Positions 49,231 to 62,222 are shown, numbered from the whole stretch's first letter. The stretch: 62,222 nt of DNA, filler included, from Gonapodya sp. JEL0774 (GCA_027604505.1; 7 parts of 7 records of this genome joined end to end with filler, not necessarily neighbours in it), one strand, 5' to 3'. Numbers and translations are program-made. The notes: a model not told the origin generated them from the letters alone.

Positions 49231-49869
49231 AAAAATGAGTTTGGTGACATGTGTTGTGATGCTGAATACAGTAAACCTGCTGTATTACAGTATTTTGAGT
49301 AGATATTGAGTACTCATGCTGTTATGGACCAGTTTCCTTTCACTTTCTGTGCTTGCAGGTTGCCTCATAAACTTTTGGCACTGACACTCTTACACTCGCT
49401 CAATTGTATTTGTCACAAATTGACTTATGAAATATACTCAGCATTCTTGTATTACAGCAGGAAAAATGAGGCCAATCGCACTCGATTTTACAAGTCAAAC
49501 AAGCAGAGTTTTGTGCTCCCAGTTCCTGTGCCAGAATTGCAAGTGTAACGCTCACCCTTCCCTGACATCGCAAAAAATTCCTCGCAATCCTCCATAAGCT
49601 TTTCCTACATATCAATCTACCAATTACGCTATTGAAGAGGTGCCGCATGTTGCAAATCTTAGCAGAAACCTCATGGAGAGCAGCAGCGATTCTGATGACC
49701 TGGATTTGCACAGTGAGAGTGCATTTGTAAAAGATTTCTCTGTAGCAGTAGCAATTTAATATCATAAATGTGGTGTTTCTTCATGTTGTTGGTCTCTTTG
49801 TGTGGTCCAGGTGCTGTCCCTGCACCTGACAAGAAGACAACTGAGTCATTACCAACCCACAAGCCAGGA

Positions 49870-50070
49870 ACTGCCCAAAGGAGGCCCGGACGTCCCTGCC
49901 AACTGGCGTTGTCTCAGAAAAAGGTGAACCTGCTGCTGTCGGGCTTTGCGTTGTTCCGGAAATCGAAGGAGAAGGAGGTCAGGCACAATCACCCAGAGTA
50001 TGGATTCGGGATGGTTGGAGCTACAATTGGAGATATGTGGCCTGAGATGACAGAAGAGGAGAAGGAAGTT
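49870..50070 (+). pseudogene. AT-hook + HMG-box fragment
   Basis: RRPGRP, then LSGFALFRKSKEKEVRHNHPEYGFGMVGATIGDMWPEMTEEEKE. Confidence 0.8.
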
Positions 50071-50239
50071 TTTTTTCTGCAACTTGGGGTTCATGTAGTT
50101 ATATTTGATGCTCGTCCACAGCTCCTCATGAAAGCCATTCATGACGGAGTCTGTGAGACTCAAAACGATCGCCCAGAACGTTGTCAGCAATACAAAACAA
50201 CAAGCATGCCAATCAAAATGGGAACAGCTCCTACAACCA

Positions 50240-51028
50240 TTGAAATGCCATCACGGGGAGTACTTTACATGGAACTCCACGTTGTCTGTCGTCCTCACGT
50301 GACATGCCAACGTAATCCAGCCATTTGAAGCAATGGGAAAGGGACATACAATGCAGAAGCGCTGGATGGACGTCGCAGAGGCCATCAGAAAGGAGAACCT
50401 GGTGCATTACGCAAAGGACACCCACCAGAACACCGATTGCCCAGTCAAGGCCCTTGTGATTGCCTGGGAGCAGCGGAACACTGTTTTGGAAAAGCTCACA
50501 GGTAAGAATGAGGAGGAGTCAGAGTTAGATGCAATGGTGAAGGAGTATGCAAATGCGGTGAGTGACACAAGCAGCTGTTTGTCAAGGGTTGGTTTCAGAC
50601 ATCACCATTGCACACATACATCACAACAGCAAGCAGCCTTCAACACAAACCTTGCTGATAACAAGGAAAACGCTTTGGCTGATAGGAAACAGGACATGAA
50701 GCTGGCAGCTGGTGAGTTGGGAGTGTTGTTGGTTCATGACTGTTGTTTGCTCACTTCCCCATCAGACATCAGACAGAACGCCACAGAAACGCTCTCAAAG
50801 AAGCATGCACTAGGAATGGAAGAGGAGGACCAGGAATGGACCGTGGCGGACGTCACCAACAGGAAGAAAGGCAGGAGATACCCTTCAGATGCAAGGAACA
50901 GCCTTCTTAGGCAGGAGGAATTGCTGAAGGAGGACAACCAGGAGAAAGAGGGTTACTTAGCAATAGCAAGGCAAGCAGAGGAGAGAAGAACAAAGGAGTT
51001 GGAGCTCAAGGAGAGGAAGAGCAAGTGA
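50240..51028 (+). pseudogene. Myb/SANT-like (trihelix) DNA-binding protein of Harbinger elements
   Basis: FTWNSTLSVVLT*HANVIQPFEAMGKGHTMQKRWMDVAEAI..LTGKNEEESELDAMV plus a charged coiled-coil tail. In-frame TGA at 50300. Confidence 0.7.
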
Positions 51029-51119
51029 GGGTGGCTGCAGCAAACCAGTGGATGATTATGGAGATTTTTAAGAGTTTGATAAGCAACAAGCAGTAACTAT
51101 GTATTTCAATAGAAATTTG

Positions 51120-52385
51120 TTACATATATGCTTGCAAATATGCATTGATTGATGGGGGCTCGACTCCGAACTTCACACTTGTCTCACAACCATAAAAACG
51201 TGTATGAGCATTAGCCAAGAAAACACCAAAGTGATAATAAGATGCTGCTGGTGATAACTCTAGTTTCAGTATCCTGTAGTAGTTCAAAAACGCAAAAAGA
51301 GTTGCCAGCTTGTCCCATGCCCACTCAATTGACACCCTTACTGCGCTGTTTGAAGAGTTGTACTGTTGCTGCTCCAGCGTCAAGTGCGGCAACTTCCAAG
51401 GCCCAACAAGGTGACCATTGCCAGGGAGATAAGCAGGGTCTCTGTAGATTTGGTATGGTTTGTGGTTTGGGCCAAAAGCTGTCCAGGGGAAAACTTCTAG
51501 AAATGACAGAGTAGACACACTCAATCAACAACTCACCATGCTGTGCTATGAAAGAATGTCATTGAGTCTGCTCAGTCTGTAAATTGTGATGTCATGATCC
51601 GGGCGAAGAAAAAGTCCGCAAATATGTATGACGATCCCATCAGGGGTCACCACTCCTTGAAACTTGATTGAATGCTGATGCTTGTGTCCACTGTAGTACT
51701 TCCTTTGATGATGTGTTGGTCGCACTATTTAACGGTCTGTTCCATTGATGAATCCGAAGATGGTTTGAAGTGGGGACCCGGCGGTGTGAACAGCATGGCA
51801 AAACTGCTTTAGCAGCACAGGGGTCAGCTGCTGAGTGTCCCACATCAAAATTTCCTTTGATTTGCATGTGACTTTGTTGACAAGATAAGCGATAATGCAA
51901 GAGAGCTCGTCCGCAGAGCGACCAAAGGTGAGGGCAATATTGGCGAGGCAATTGGGGAAGGTGAAACGACAAAGAAGCACACAGACTGCCTCAATACTAA
52001 GAAGTCAAAGTCAATTTTCCAGGATGGTGCTTTCGGGAATCTCAAGTGCTGCTTTCAGTCGAAATAGGTCGGCGTTTTTGAACCTATCGTGATTGGGGCG
52101 AAATATTCCTACATCTGGGTCCTGCACAGCAGATGGCATTCACAACTCACCTAAAACGATGAACACAGTTGGCATCTGAAAGCGCTCCCAAATCCAAGCA
52201 TGGTGCGGGGAATGCCGGTCGCTGTGGTGGAAGCTGACTCTCTGCCAATGCCATAATTGCCGCAAGCAAAAATCGGTGCCTTCTCCTGGTCCGCTCCCAC
52301 TTTGAAACATCATTTGCTCTGCCTGTGGGATTCCATTCTGTGTTTCCACATCTTGCTTTACTCTATTCTCAAACACCTGATCCAT
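51120..52385 (-). pseudogene. Harbinger-type DDE transposase (DDE_Tnp_4), inactivated
   Basis: EAVCVLLCRFTFP..FGRS; IFGFINGTDR* (normally FIDGT); YSGHKHQHSIKFQGVVTPDG; HD; IYRDPAY (normally YGDxAY); SAVRVSIEWAW; FGVEPPSINAYL. Several in-frame stops. Confidence 0.92.
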
Positions 52386-53414
52386 TGACAGGGATAGGGA
52401 TGGCTTAGAATGCTTTTGTAGAGTAGTATTAAATGTCTAAAAGTGATCTACCAGCTGTCCATACCAGATAATCAAAGCTCCGTCCAATCAATGGTGTTCT
52501 AGTCAATGTGGAGGTTGTGAACAGCAGTGAAATGATTGGAAAGGTAGATGACAGTGAAGTGTTCACCTGGGTGGTGAAACTTGTTCAACCACCAGTGAAT
52601 GGGCAGTTAACCATCCAACTAAGGAATAGAACCACATTCAACTGCAGTCAGTAGAAGAAACATACATACCAATCTTGGTGGTGAAGCGTTCAACTGCAGT
52701 TGAATGTGGTTGTTGGTTTCCTGATGTAGGTCCACTGCTGTGTGGTCTTGAGGTGTCACTCCAATTCAGCTATGTGGTGGTGTGCAGGGACTGTGCAGTG
52801 TGGCTTAAAGCCACAACCTCACACACCTGGGACAGAGAGCAATCATTCCCTACATCTGTCCTAGGTGAGTCAAGCACTAATGAGCAATGGTTGTTTACTG
52901 TTTATATTCACATTCTGAATAAATATCATTCGCTGCATGTGTCCTAGTCCTCATTATGACAATCCCTGACTAGTTGGGTCTTACTGGCCTGACAGTAGGA
53001 CTTGAAGGACAACCTTACACTCATAGTTTAGTGGTATCTGTGATGTACTCTTAGAGGCTGTTGATTTATGGAGATGACAACTTCCTAAATAAATCCTTGA
53101 TGAACTTACTGCCGGACTGGTAGATAGGGAGATGAGCCCAAAGCACAGGGATAGTGGTATGTGGTATTAGCGATCATTAAGGATGTGGGGCATAGTGGTT
53201 CCTGCACAGGGTTGTTACTAGTTGGGATTAGACATTCTTTTACGGGTGACAACTAGCACTCTGTCTCAGGTAGGACAGAGGCTTGGTTATGGATTGGACA
53301 TTGCATTCACATATCTGTCTCAGTTTTTCTGTAGCTCGGGAAGTGACTCCAAAGTCACATCACAGTGTTGGAGCAGTCTGATTTTCAAACCCTTTCTTCT
53401 GGGCCCTGACAGAG

Positions 53415-53514
53415 NNNNNNNNNNNNNNNNNNNNNNNNNNNNNNNNNNNNNNNNNNNNTTAATTAATTAANNNNNNNNNNNNNNNNNNNNNNNNNNNNNN
53501 NNNNNNNNNNNNNN
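53415..53514. other. Artificial contig linker
   Basis: N44-TTAATTAATTAA-N44. Confidence 0.99.
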
Positions 53515-55282
53515 AAGTTTAGTGCATTATTGAGTTCAAACAGTGTCCAATCTCCATTTTATGGAATACAATTCAAAATATTGCATCCTATCCTCGGCCA
53601 GTTCGTCATTCCCAAGCAGTCGCCACATACCAAGTCCAAAATTTGATCGACGAGTGCTTTATAATCAACACATTAAACTTTCGTTCATGCAGTTCTCTCG
53701 CGGAGGCTCGAATCACAAAAGAGTTTCGGACTCGAAAGCTGCGCACTGATGGTGCACAGTTCTAGAACGTTCTCAGTGCAAAAAGCTGTTACTGAGCTTG
53801 TGCGATCCTTGCATGGACACAGCGCCAGTATACTTTGACCGCCCTTCGATGCCAAGTTGGGCGCCTTGGATACCCTCTCCGCTCCGCCAGGTCAACAACC
53901 TTTCAGGTTCTCTGTCGGCTGATTCGCCAAGAGCGGAAAAACTCAGAACTGCACTCTTTGTTCCAAGTGACTGTCATAGGACTCACGGAGAAGAAGGGTA
54001 GAGATATTGGGGCATCGTCTGCTGGCTGACTTGCCCCGCGTCCGGCCATCAAATGAAGTGAGATTCCGCTGATTAAGCCCAGTCGGCGTTCCCGGCCATT
54101 CTTGTTTACATCCGAGTGCTCTTTATTGAAACCGTAGTTCTACACTGGTACTGCTTTGGATTGATATATTCCATTGTTCATGGTTTAGAGTGGGTCGTCA
54201 TCTCAAAAGCGCACGCACTCGACCTCAAAGACATCACACATTCCCGACTTGAGAGGAACCAAGGATTTGTCACCGCTCCTTTATAGAGCACGTTGCAGAG
54301 GTCAAGCGAAGGGACATTCCAGCGCCACTTTGATGTTTCTCGTTTGATTCCAACTTGAATTGGCATGAAGCAGTACTCTGCAACTCTATCGGCATGGAGA
54401 GCGGTCTCCCAATCCGCGAGCAAAATTCATATGCCTTGTCAGGCGTGACGAATTGGTGTTCCGAGCTGGGGAACCTATAAGTACTCTGAGAGTGCATGGG
54501 ACTGCAACAATGGAAGGAATGACGTAGACATTCTTTTGATCACGCAAATGTTTCGTTTAAGGATAAGGCAAGCAGCATCCAATTTGTGCTGGAGCAGATC
54601 ATGTCTTGTTATTTTTCTCGTGGAAATCTTCTGCTTGTGAACAGGCCGTTCCTGGGAGAGGGCGCCTGGCGTTGGCCAGTTCACTCGATCAAACGGTTTG
54701 ATCGCACACCCAAGCTCTGCGAGCTCATTGTTAGGGAAGTTTTGAGTTGACGCAATGAAATCATCCAGTGGAATTCAACGACATCGAGATGTGACAAGTA
54801 CTCGCACGGGGTTCGCGTGTTTACACTGATTGTGCAACCCAATGGAGCGAAATTAAACCAAATTAAATATCCCATTGAATCCCAAGAGATAGGTCACATT
54901 TCGATGGCGCGGTATATGTCCAGTCTTCGAAGGATTTCCAAGAGACTCGCAACCAAAGTGGATATCGAAATGAAACGGGAGAGGTGGTAATTCTCCTAGT
55001 GCTCAATTCGCGCCAAATGCAATTTGAACCAATAGAGATGCTTCCGAAGCCCTGACACCAAACTCATTGGGGGAAAATCCCTGGAAACTGGTGGCGGCCT
55101 GTGCCTGCACAACCGTCCAGAACACCAAGACACGGGCGCAATCGGTACATTGGGAAGTCACTTTGTTCTGTATTAAGGTGTGTTTTTGCTATTGTTCCGC
55201 CTCCAGCGCGGGACGTCGTGTTCGAATGATCGGCATGTTTGGCAGCGGAACCGGCGCAACAATCTGTCAGTGTGGCCTGGAG

Positions 55283-56001
55283 ATGGGACCCAGTGACGCT
55301 AAGAACTCTATCAAGCCATTCACGTGCTCTTTGTGTGGAAATATGTTCACCAGGAAAGGTGCGTTTGCGACCTTGCAGGTGTTACGAGCTCAAAGCCGCC
55401 TTGTGGTCAAGGCCCTGCAGTTTAGCGATACCTGACCGAAAATGAATTGCAGATGTCATGATACGGCACATGTCTCGAAAGACATGCCGTCCACAGCTAC
55501 TCTCGGGCGTGTCCAGTGTCGATGCCCTCGGAGTGACTGGGCCCTCGACTTTGCTGACAAGGCAGCCGCTGTCACGGTCCAAAAGAATAGTCCCCATCCG
55601 CGGGCAGTCACAAGATGAACGGCATCCCCCAACATCCAACCACCAGTTCGAGCTGGAAGAGACCTTTGCGGATATGAGGTAGTTTGGCAATCAGCCCCAT
55701 GATTCCCGTGTCACAATCCCTAACCTAAATATGCTTATGTAGTCAAGACTCCTCACGCTTCGCACCCTCTCAGCATTTCTCTTATGATAATCCGCCATTG
55801 CTATCGGCGAACGAGGCCCAGTACTTTGGGCTTAATACTCTGCCGCCGTTGCTGTCAGTGGCCGGTCAAGCACACCGAGAGAGCGGACCAGCGGAAGGAC
55901 TCAGAACTTTGAGGTCAATGCCTCTGCAAACACCCGCCTTCATGGAACCTTCTCCATCTCCACCTGCTCCGGTGCCTCCATATATTCCCTTCTCTGTGTA
56001 A
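55283..56001 (+). CDS. Small zinc-finger protein (single C2HC-type finger)
   Basis: KPFTCSLCGNMFTRK|DVMIRHMSRKTC across intron 55359-55452. Second intron at about 55679-55742. Pro/Ser-rich tail. Confidence 0.7.
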
Positions 56002-57398
56002 CATTCTGTCAATGAGCGTGAGATGAGGTATATTGCGAAGGGTACATGGTGGTCACATCGAATGAGACTTTTCAAACCATTCACGCTCTAGATTTTTGTA
56101 GTTGAACCTGCATTCGGAGGAGAGGATACCCTTTCGTCAGGGTCTCGATGACTTTTCTTGGACGAACATCGAACATCGCACACATATGCATGCGCGCCAT
56201 CACCGCGACGGTTGTGAATGCTCCCGCTAGTTGTGGGGAGAGCGCATCTTCCCGGTTTTGTTGATTTCTACCCTGAGCTTTCAAATTTCGTGAGGTTTCT
56301 TTGCAACCAGTTTGAGCGGCAGGACCTCAGCGGATGATGACCCGCGAGAAAGTTGGCAACTGCACTTCTGGCATCAGACACGAATCAATTCACAATCGCT
56401 GTTCATTTGGATACGGCGGAGGATAAACCTCAAACTGGAGCTTGGTGTCATCCCCCTCCTCGGCCAACAAAATATCATCCTGTCAACATCAGCTTCGGGT
56501 CACCTTATGCTCTGAACCATTTCCATCTATTATCTCTCCTCCTCCGGACAAACGAAGCTGCTGCCTGTCGACTATTCAATTCTCTTTCGGCTCCTTCAGC
56601 CCATTGCTTGGCGCGACGGGGCATCGCAGCCCCTTCCCCTAAGAAACCCCTCACACAGACACGCACCGTTGCGATCTCACGCAAGCGCCATATCGGTCTA
56701 CATTGCTTGGCGGTCGGAGAAGAAAGTGTAATTCTGTCACTGGTCACACCCCAGAACTTATGATTGATAAGGCATGTCATCTCTGCGCGAACATCAGCAC
56801 ATTCAACGGAAAATCGGATGGCAAAAGCCAGAGCTGCGTGACACGAGAGACGTCACTAGTGCGTCCAGAGTGGTCCTCTGTGCGATTCAACAATGATCTA
56901 GATACTCGAGGAGTACTTTGGGTCCAGTGACAAGTGCATACCACGTCAAGCAAACCCAAGAGCTGACCCTCCTCGTTTACGTGACTATGCTAATACCCTC
57001 AAATGTGTGAAGCCATCTCTGTTCATTAGACGTAATGGATATTATCGGATGCAGCGAAATGCAGCGTTGATTCACATAGACGGTCTCAACTTATGAACAT
57101 AACAGCACGTACAAATGTTCTGCACGTAACAGCAAACTGCTTGTATGATGTTTTCAACACCTAGCTCATGTCAATTTGTACACTCCATCGATCAACGACG
57201 CTGACAAAGAAAATCGGAGAACGGGAATCAGCCTCAACTACTTTGCCATTTTCCACCATGCGGAGTTGTTGCTGATAAAAATCTGCGAAAATTAACTGTT
57301 CACGCCCGTGTATATGGCCGAATAAGTGAATTTGTGAATATATGAGGAAGTACTGCACCCATTCACATCTGAGTTGGAACCGAACCGCCACGATCGCC

Positions 57399-58890
57399 AT
57401 GGCTTATAGGACTTATTCCATCCATCCAGAGTCTTTGCCGTCCTACTATCTGGCACGGACCGTTCTTATACACGTTCTGTTGACGACGTAAAGCGTGATG
57501 GGTGCCGTACTCTCGTCGCTGCAGCTTCGACTCTTTCGGGCACATATGTACATCATGGGCCACTTGTTTCCGAGACGTACAGCACGTAAAGCTGCGCGAA
57601 TATTTGTCGGGAGCCGTCGGTGAGTGAATTGACCGAAAACTTTTCTCTGGAGAGGGGACTAGATTCCCAATATCTTTATGTGTCTTGATCACCATATTCG
57701 AACAACGGTGATATCACCAAGTGTTCCACCCCCTGAAGTGGAACGACGCTGCGAATCTCACGCCCGAGTCCGAGAGTACCCCCTCGCTCCATACTCTGGC
57801 TCGTTCTCGACGCCTTTCACATTGAAGGAGTACTACCCCGAGTATCTCAAAGGGTACGAGTTTGGCCCGGTCGAGGACGAAAAGGCAAAGGGGACTGTAC
57901 TTCTGGTCCATGGGATAAACGGGAGAGGTGAGTATTGTTACACGGCACCTTTCGCATTGACTTGCGTGCTTGACGAACAACCTTTCCTCACCTACCGTAT
58001 TCTCAGCGCTTCAACTGCACGCTTTCACGAAGCCACTTGCTGACAAGGGGTATCGCGTCATTGCATTGGATATGCCAGGTTCCGGCGGCACTCCTGGAGA
58101 TTCCGCAGGTCAGACTGTGTTCGCGCGAGCTCTTGAGGGATTCGTGACGGCAAACAAGTGAGTGTTAATGAATTACAAATACATCTCCCAAAAATATCTC
58201 TCAGAACAAAGATATTTGTCTGTGCTCTTTTGCAATTGACCCATAACCAGCGTGCACCCCTCCTCAATCATCTGCCATTCGATGGGCGGCGCCTCGACAC
58301 TGCTCTTCGTGTCAGAGTGTCGGCACTCGCTCTACCTCGACCATCTCGACAGCATTGTAATGATCAGTTCTGCAGACTCCATGTTGCCTATTTTGAAAGG
58401 TTTCGCCCAGATGATCGGGATTGATGGGACCAGGGCCGGCGCGCTTTTGAGGGAAGAGCTGGAGCGCCTCAATGGATCAAGTGATTGTAAGTAGGACCTG
58501 AAACCTGCTTCTGCGAAATTGCCCGTTTCATAATTTCATCTACTCCCTGTTTGCCTGTTTGTAGTTTCTCTCGACTCTGTGACCACTTCGAACCTGGTCA
58601 ACAAAATCCCGGTACCCGTTCTCGATGTTCACGACACCAACGACAAAGAAGTCCCCGTTTTTCATGCACATAGTGTTGCGGAGACTTGTCGACGAGTGAT
58701 GGAGGAGAGAAATGTTGCCAAACAGAACAAAGACACGAATCGCGACAAAAGCTTGGACGGGTTCGATTTCCGGTTTGTAGAGACGCAAGGACTGGGACAT
58801 AAGAGGATTCTAGCGGACAATGCAGTGGTGGAGACAGTGGTGGAGTTTGTGGAGCAAAGTAGCGCGTCTCGGGCTCTCTCTAAGATTTGA
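57399..58890 (+). CDS. Alpha/beta hydrolase, paralog 1
   Basis: VLLVHGING, GYRVIALDMPGSG, CHSMGG (Ser), VHDTNDKEVP (Asp), TQGLGHKRIL (His). Confidence 0.9.
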
Positions 58891-59270
58891 ATCGCTCCAG
58901 GTATACATTGCGCATAGAATTATTTTCAATGGATGGAACATACATTTCTGTTCGCGATTTATTCGCAGTATTCTTATCGTTCTCATGAACTCTTCTTGCG
59001 AGTGCTCCAACGACCCGTCTTGGCTCAGTGATATCCACACAAAATTATCAAATCAAGAAGCCTAGCACCATCTCTCTTCTCAACGCATTTTCTTTTCCTT
59101 CCGCGAACATGTGATAAAACGGTTGAAACCCCGGCCGCGGCTGTTACGGGAACAACCGGAATCTCCCCCCAAAAATGTTTTGAAATGGACTTGCGTTTTG
59201 CTACAAGCTTTCGGTACCGGCGTCGTCCTGCATTCACACTTTTTCGCCGGCATACTTGGGATCATCTCTC

Positions 59271-60675
59271 ATGGGCACTGTCTTCTCCTACTTCCGCCCA
59301 CGGGTGGCACGAGTCGTGATGTACATTCTGGGACAGTTGCTCCCTCGCCGGACTGCCCGACGCGTGGTCAACATGTTTTCTAGAACGTATCGGTGAGTTG
59401 TAGCTCCCCCGTGAGTTCTCGACATGTTGGGAACAGCACATAATGCCAACGTGAATCTTCATCAGCGCTCCACCACCCGAAGCGGAACAACGCTGCCAGA
59501 AACTGGCCAGAATTCGACAGTATCCTGTCACCGCTTATGATGCGTCTTTCTTGACACCATACACTACAATCTACGAGCACCCGGACTGGCTCAAAGGTTT
59601 CGAGTTCGGACCGGAAGAGTCGGAGGACAAGAAATCAAAGGGGACCGTACTTCTGATACATGGATTCTCCGGAAGAGGTATGCTGGCTTCGAAATTGACT
59701 GATGCCGAGCTGAACTTGGGGGATACGGTCTCCGTACCCATTATTGGCTGACGTTGCTACTTGATTCCGCACAGGGCTCCAGTTCTATGCCTTCATCCCC
59801 CCACTTGTGGAGAAAGGATATCGTGTTATCGCTCTGGACATGCCCTCCTCGGGTGGTAGTCCTGGAAAGTACGCCAACCCTGTCGTTTTCGCAAATGGAC
59901 TGGAGGGCTTTGTCAGAGAAAACGAGTAAGTAAGGTTACATAAAAGTGCCACATCTCTGAGCAAGCGAGCTTTCTTTTCTCACTTCCTTATGCACTCTCC
60001 GTTGTTTAATCTCCGCAAACTTCAAGCATCCACCCCACTTCAATCATCTCCCATTCGATGGGCGGTGCCGCTACAGTCCTTTTCTCTTCCTATTGCCGGA
60101 ACTCCCCTTTTCTAGATCGCTTGAGCAGCGTCGTGACGATTGGTACGCCGGATTCACCCGTAGATATTCTTAATCGGTTTGCACAGGCGATAGGAGTTGC
60201 AAGGACAAGGGCGAGTCGCTACTTGAAGGAGGAGCTGCAGCGTTTGATATCTGGTGAGTACATCTTGTGATCATCTCGGTGATGGGCCAGCACTGAGGAA
60301 TATACATCCTACCTCTGTTTGATCTCGCGCATCTTTGTGTTCGTAGTTCCGCTCGACTCTGCGACGACATCTTTCCTATCTCAACACCTTTTCACGCCTC
60401 TTCTCGTCATCCACGATACCAACGACAAGGAAGTACCAATATCTGACGGGCATACCATCGCGGAATCTGCTCGCCGAGAGGTTGAGCGACGGAAGAACGG
60501 ACTCCGCGCTGTGTGCGCAAACAGTGATAGCAAGGAGAGCTCGATGATGAACGATACCTTTGAGTTCCGTTATGTGGAAACGCAGGGGTTGGGGCACAAG
60601 CGAATACTAGCGGACAAAGGCGTGGTCGATTTGGTGGTTGCGTATGTGGTGGAGAGGAGTTCTTCGCGGGAGTGA
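59271..60675 (+). CDS. Alpha/beta hydrolase, paralog 2
   Basis: VLLIHGFSG, GYRVIALDMP, SHSMGG, IHDTNDKEVP, TQGLGHKRIL. Intron positions match paralog 1. Confidence 0.9.
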
Positions 60676-62222
60676 GGGTTTGATTGAAATCTTGCTGCAA
60701 TTTGAAGGCTGTTGTAGAGTTTTGAATAGAGGTTGAGGTGCTTCATTTGTTCAGATCTTTCATGATGTATTCCCCGGTCCCGAATAAAACCTTTCCCAAT
60801 AAATGGTGGTTGTCTGTTCACTCTCACCGCGATCCTGGAGTGAGAAATATTCTGGTTACTTGGGGACAAGATTGCAGGCAATGCTTCAAGTGCCGAAGAC
60901 CCGTGGATCGCCAATCTGCTGATGTCGAGACCGGCAACAACTGATAAATATTGCTTCAACACAGGCATGTGCAAATTCAGCTTGTATTTCAGCTTGTATT
61001 TGTTACATCACGGGCGACGCAATTTTGCAACAAAGTAGGGGTATGGAAGGCCCTCATGAATGTTCGATCTCGCTGATGGAATCGGTTACTGTGCCGCCAA
61101 GGGCAGTGAGAAGTGTCAGTAGAACTCACCCATCGAGGTGGCAATACGCAAGCTTTGCGGACTGTTTCTGGAGGCTCGGTGTGATGCATGGATTTATACA
61201 TGTTAGAGCTTTTGCTGGGTCTGTACATAAAGGCGTTGGTGGGAGTGCGTGGCTGAGGCTCTTCACCAGGAAAAACCAAAACAGAAGAAGGAAAAGTACG
61301 GGGAATAGAAATCTTGCAACCGGGCGGGTGTCCGACTCGGCTCAAATTTTACACAACGATGACAAATTCATCTTCGTTCGTCTTCTGTCAGCGATCGCAG
61401 CAGAATCCGCGCAAGCAGCTGTCGGAGTGAAGTCGAGAACCTCTGCCGCTCCGCAACAATTAATCAGACCATAGGACACTATCTAAAATCCTTTCCCGAA
61501 TGAGAATTCCGATCTTCGTTCCATGACAGGCAATGCTAGCTTTGAGGACCAGACTTTGTCAAAGCTCGTCAAAAAACGACATATGACGGAAGGACCTCAA
61601 CAAAGGAAATGAGAAATGCCAGAACAAAGATTTATTATTGTAATATCGTTTTTGGTCAGTTATCGGTATCAGATCATTCAAGTGTGAATCTGTTTCGCGT
61701 GGCTTGAGACCGATGGAGTCTGCTCCGCCTCAGTCCTCTCGTTCCCTTCGAGCGAGTTCAATTCGTTCAGTTGTGTGAGCACAGACATCAAGCTTCTTTT
61801 CAAGCAATTCTACTTATCGCCGATCGGCGAAGCGCACGTTGGTTTCTGCGCGGTGCCTTTTTGGGACACGGTGTGCAAAGCCGCGGGGTTTAGTACCACT
61901 GCTTGCCTGAAGAGTTTCAACTTGCAAACAAAGTTGGCGGTACAAGGGCTATTCCGCCAGTAACTGAAAGGCGGTCATAAAAGGTATGCTTCTCTTGCGT
62001 CTGCTCGGAGCTCTGGTTGTCGGAGATGACATGGATATCCCCGTTGGGATTGGGGAATGCTGACCATCGGGACCGGGATCAAAGCCTGGCGAAATCCTTC
62101 CAATAATCCTTCGCGAACGCGTATCGCCCGCGGAATTCTCACGAAGCGCGTTTCAATCGGCATCATCGGTTTCTTTCGTCCGCGTCCGGTCGCTCTCGAC
62201 GCGTTGCGACTCCAACTTTGGC

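Larger units (their letters stand above)
49088..52711. mobile_element. Degenerate PIF/Harbinger-superfamily DNA transposon (ends uncertain)
   Basis: Convergent Myb/SANT-like gene and DDE_Tnp_4-type transposase, the two-gene layout established for PIF/Harbinger. Strong CpG depletion. Confidence 0.8.

Noticed and set aside
8872..53514. TTAATTAATTAA recurring about every 8.8 kb as a periodic repeat or array
   Set aside because: Artificial linkers within N-runs. Contig lengths fall monotonically (8871, 8856, 8839, 8837, 8769, 8742, 8708), as expected for size-sorted concatenation.
54178..54875. Kinase-like fragment ILLADWETA in broken minus-strand ORFs
   Set aside because: One short motif with no HRD or Lys motif seen; too weak to call.

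Overview
Eukaryotic, intron-rich (GT-AG) DNA, most likely from an early-diverging zoosporic fungus (chytrid/monoblepharid-like; inferred from gene content, not proven). The window is not one locus. It is seven unrelated contigs of about 8.7-8.9 kb in descending size, joined by six artificial 100-nt linkers (N44-TTAATTAATTAA-N44), so adjacency across linkers means nothing. Contigs 1-4 and 7 hold host genes: CHO2, TIM54, BZZ1, a Cache-HAMP sensor lacking an output domain, a GPCR-like fragment, a GDPD, a small two-repeat protein, a coiled-coil/C1q-like protein, a bacterial-type GST, a DFN-motif kinase, L-LDH, a Zn-finger gene and two tandem bacterial-type alpha/beta hydrolases. Contigs 5 and 6 are the most interesting. 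Contig 5 is a decayed cluster with a 2OG-Fe(II) dioxygenase (acidic, chromo-like, NLS tail) divergent from a large gene with a SET-like domain, plus a J-domain remnant and a 396-bp foldback. Contig 6 has a spliced gene with a HEPN-like RNxxxxH motif between 77-bp perfect inverted repeats, followed by a CpG-eroded PIF/Harbinger element carrying an extra AT-hook/HMG-box. All domain calls come from motif recognition by eye; no searches were run and exon boundaries are manual.
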